Positions 62,099 through 64,000 of a DNA stretch of 64,000 nt are shown piece after piece. The stretch is from Tolypothrix carrinoi HA7290-LM1 (GTDB taxonomy: Bacteria; Cyanobacteriota; Cyanobacteriia; Cyanobacteriales; Nostocaceae). How positions within the stretch are numbered: position 1 is the stretch's first letter; each line of letters opens with the position of its first letter. The DNA lies in assembly GCA_019358935.1 (NCBI GenBank), contig JAHHIK010000018.1, positions 30,591-94,590 on the forward strand. Reading direction: 5' to 3'. Under the pieces are notes generated by a model that made no database searches, had not been told where the DNA came from, and was given only the letters and a program-made list of their open reading frames with translations. A program made the position numbers and the translations under genes.

Positions 62099-62554
62099 TC
62101 AATAACGGGATTTTTTAGGGGTTAACCTTCGCTTTTGACGGCGCCGTGCAGCAGCGACAACCGCTTCTTCCACCGGATAACCTACCACAGGAATTACCTG
62201 ATATTTGCGCTCTTCTTCTAACTTTTTCAATTCAGTGTAATCTACCCAGTGGATGCAATCAACCGGACAAGTGTCAATTGCTTCTTGAATTACTTCTTCC
62301 GCGTCTCCTTCTTGTCGAATTACACGCGATCGCCCGTAATCTGGTTCAATATAAAAAGTGTTACGAGCAACATGGGCACAATGCAAACAGCCGATACAGG
62401 TGATTTCATCAACATAAACACCTTTTTGACGCAGCATTCCCCCCAATTCCGGCTCTAAACCAGACCGTTCCGGCTCATCCCGCAAAAAACCGCCTAATTC
62501 TGGCTCTAAACCGGAGCGTTCTTCTTGTTCTTCCTGCGGTAGAAAATCAGACAT
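62099..62554 (-). CDS. Ferredoxin (single Fe-S cluster type)
   Basis: VYVDEITCIGCLHC...AIDTCPVDCIHW. Confidence 0.9.
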   Translation of the reverse strand: MSDFLPQEEQEERSGLEPELGGFLRDEPERSGLEPELGGMLRQKGVYVDEITCIGCLHCAHVARNTFYIEPDYGRSRVIRQEGDAEEVIQEAIDTCPVDCIHWVDYTELKKLEEERKYQVIPVVGYPVEEAVVAAARRRQKRRLTPKKSRY

Positions 62555-62940
62555 TACGCACTCCAGCGCTGTACTACTAAGCGAATAGAACCATCTTTAT
62601 TTTTTTGTTGTTCAGCGACTTCAAAGCCAGCACGAGTAGTTTCTTTCACAACCGTGTGATATGCATAACGCTGCGTTACTTGCCGCAAAAACCCATCAAC
62701 AGACAAGTTTTGCTGCCAATATTGCAAGTCAGAAACCAATTCGTATTCTAAGCCATTCCATTTAAAGCCGATGTCATAACCATTATCTTGTTCAATGGTA
62801 ACTTCGGCGGCATGAGTTTGACCGCGATAACCGCGCACTTCGCGTGTACCGGGTTTCCAATTTATACCCAAGTCGGTGAGAGCTTCTTTTAACGAGTCAA
62901 GATTACGGATTTGCGTCTTAATTTGGCTAAAGTGTGACAT
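62554..62940 (-). CDS. ycf35: DUF1257 / Ycf35 family protein
   Basis: MSHFSQIKTQIR...VTQRYAY. Confidence 0.88.
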   Translation of the reverse strand: MSHFSQIKTQIRNLDSLKEALTDLGINWKPGTREVRGYRGQTHAAEVTIEQDNGYDIGFKWNGLEYELVSDLQYWQQNLSVDGFLRQVTQRYAYHTVVKETTRAGFEVAEQQKNKDGSIRLVVQRWSA

Positions 62941-62979
62941 GGTGGTTGTGATTTGATGAAACTAAATTTGTTGAAAAAC

Positions 62980-63192
62980 TTACCATTCGCTGAAAGTGGT
63001 TTGCGTATTTACCACACCAGATTGTTGCTGCACCTGAGCGGTGAAGAATTCTGAAGTTGGTTCATGACTAAGTACTAGCCCTAGCTGTGCCTCTATTGCT
63101 GCCGTAACTTCCGCACAAGAAGCACCAACAATGCCAGTGACTTTCTCTTGTACCCGACCATCTGGATAAATGATGAATTCTAGTGTCTCCAT
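62980..63192 (-). CDS. DUF2997 family protein
   Basis: LEFIIYPDGRVQEKVTGIVGASC...PTSEFF. Confidence 0.85.
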   Translation of the reverse strand: METLEFIIYPDGRVQEKVTGIVGASCAEVTAAIEAQLGLVLSHEPTSEFFTAQVQQQSGVVNTQTTFSEW

Positions 63193-63703
63193 GCTTTTGG
63201 CAAACCACGCTCTTTACGTTTGGACAGTACTGTTGTTTTCTTATGGCTAAAATATAGCCATAGGAACATTTTCACGCTTGATACAAACTTGCCACTTTGT
63301 TAACTAATGTTCCATCTCTCAAAATATATATCTCAGAATCTTTACAAAAATTATTGATTTTATAAGTCTACACATCTGTCATATGTAAGTTTCCCTTAAC
63401 CTTCTAAATTAGTCAAGGTGGAAATTAAGCGGCGTTATGTAGTCTCAAAAGCTGTAAAAACGAGCATGATTGAGCATATAAGCAGCAGTGCATGTTAGTA
63501 AATGACTAAAAGTGTTGACAAAAGTTATCATTACTATGACTTCGCCCAATTCTCAGCAATAGCTGTATAAGTTGGGTTATGGGTAATTTAAGCCAACAGT
63601 AAAAATACAATAGCTTTAATTTCTATCTTTGGTTATATAACCAAAGAAGTATATATTATTTTTGAGCTTGAGTGAAGCGATCGCACTCTTGGTGTTAGGT
63701 AGT

Positions 63704-63880
63704 TCACTCGGCAAACATCTCAGCCAAGATATCGAGAACTGCCCTTTGCTCATGGTCACTAATTTGACCAAGTAGTTTGACCAATCGAACTTTATCTACT
63801 GTGCGAATTTGATCGAGAACAATCTGCCCATCTTTGCCTTGAAACTCACAAGCTATGCGTGTAGGATATATCTGCCGCTT
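63704..63880 (-). pseudogene. 3' half of a PemK/MazF-family toxin gene, interrupted at 63881
   Basis: Manual translation KRQIYPTRIACEFQGKDGQIVLDQIRTVDKVRLVKLLGQISDHEQRAVLDILAEMFAE*; in-frame TAG at 63881-63883 where unrelated sequence starts. Confidence 0.8.
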
Positions 63881-64000
63881 CTAAATGTGTGGACAGAACT
63901 ACCACTAGCTAGATAATTTGTCCATACCTCACTCCACGGTGTAAGTGAAAGCGTTCTTTCCTAGTGCTTACGCTTCCTCGGTTTCGAGGTTGGCTAGGAA

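Overview
Chromosomal window from a heterocyst-forming (Nostocales-type) cyanobacterium, judged from frequent HIP1 octamers (GCGATCGC), many heptameric STRR arrays and cyanobacterial gene order. The backbone is housekeeping: U32 peptidase, gcvT/H/P, tocopherol cyclase, plsX-fabH-fabD-plsC, pepA, metG-labA-lptC, dacB, guaB-Yfr1-trxA, mutS2 and ycf35. RNA genes absent from the ORF track are a tRNA-Arg(CCU) split by a 247-nt group I intron, a probable 6S RNA, and Yfr1. Accessory highlights: (1) a HIP1-poor two-gene cluster encoding a GH31 alpha-1,4-glucan lyase (WQDMT motif) and a stand-alone aldos-2-ulose dehydratase/isomerase-like cupin, a candidate cyanobacterial anhydrofructose pathway; (2) an NLR-like CHAT-NB-ARC-WD40 gene inserted into the gcv cluster, with near-identical WD40 repeats that vary at fixed positions and a frameshift at a palindromic insertion; (3) a 485-bp ORF-less IS200/IS605 derivative with its own promoter and a TnpB omega-RNA-like end, directly upstream of pepA; (4) two related 21-bp tandem arrays; (5) several MITEs, nested palindromic cassettes, in-frame repeat insertions in core proteins, and TPR and MazF pseudogene fragments. 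All family assignments come from motif recognition by eye, with no database searches.
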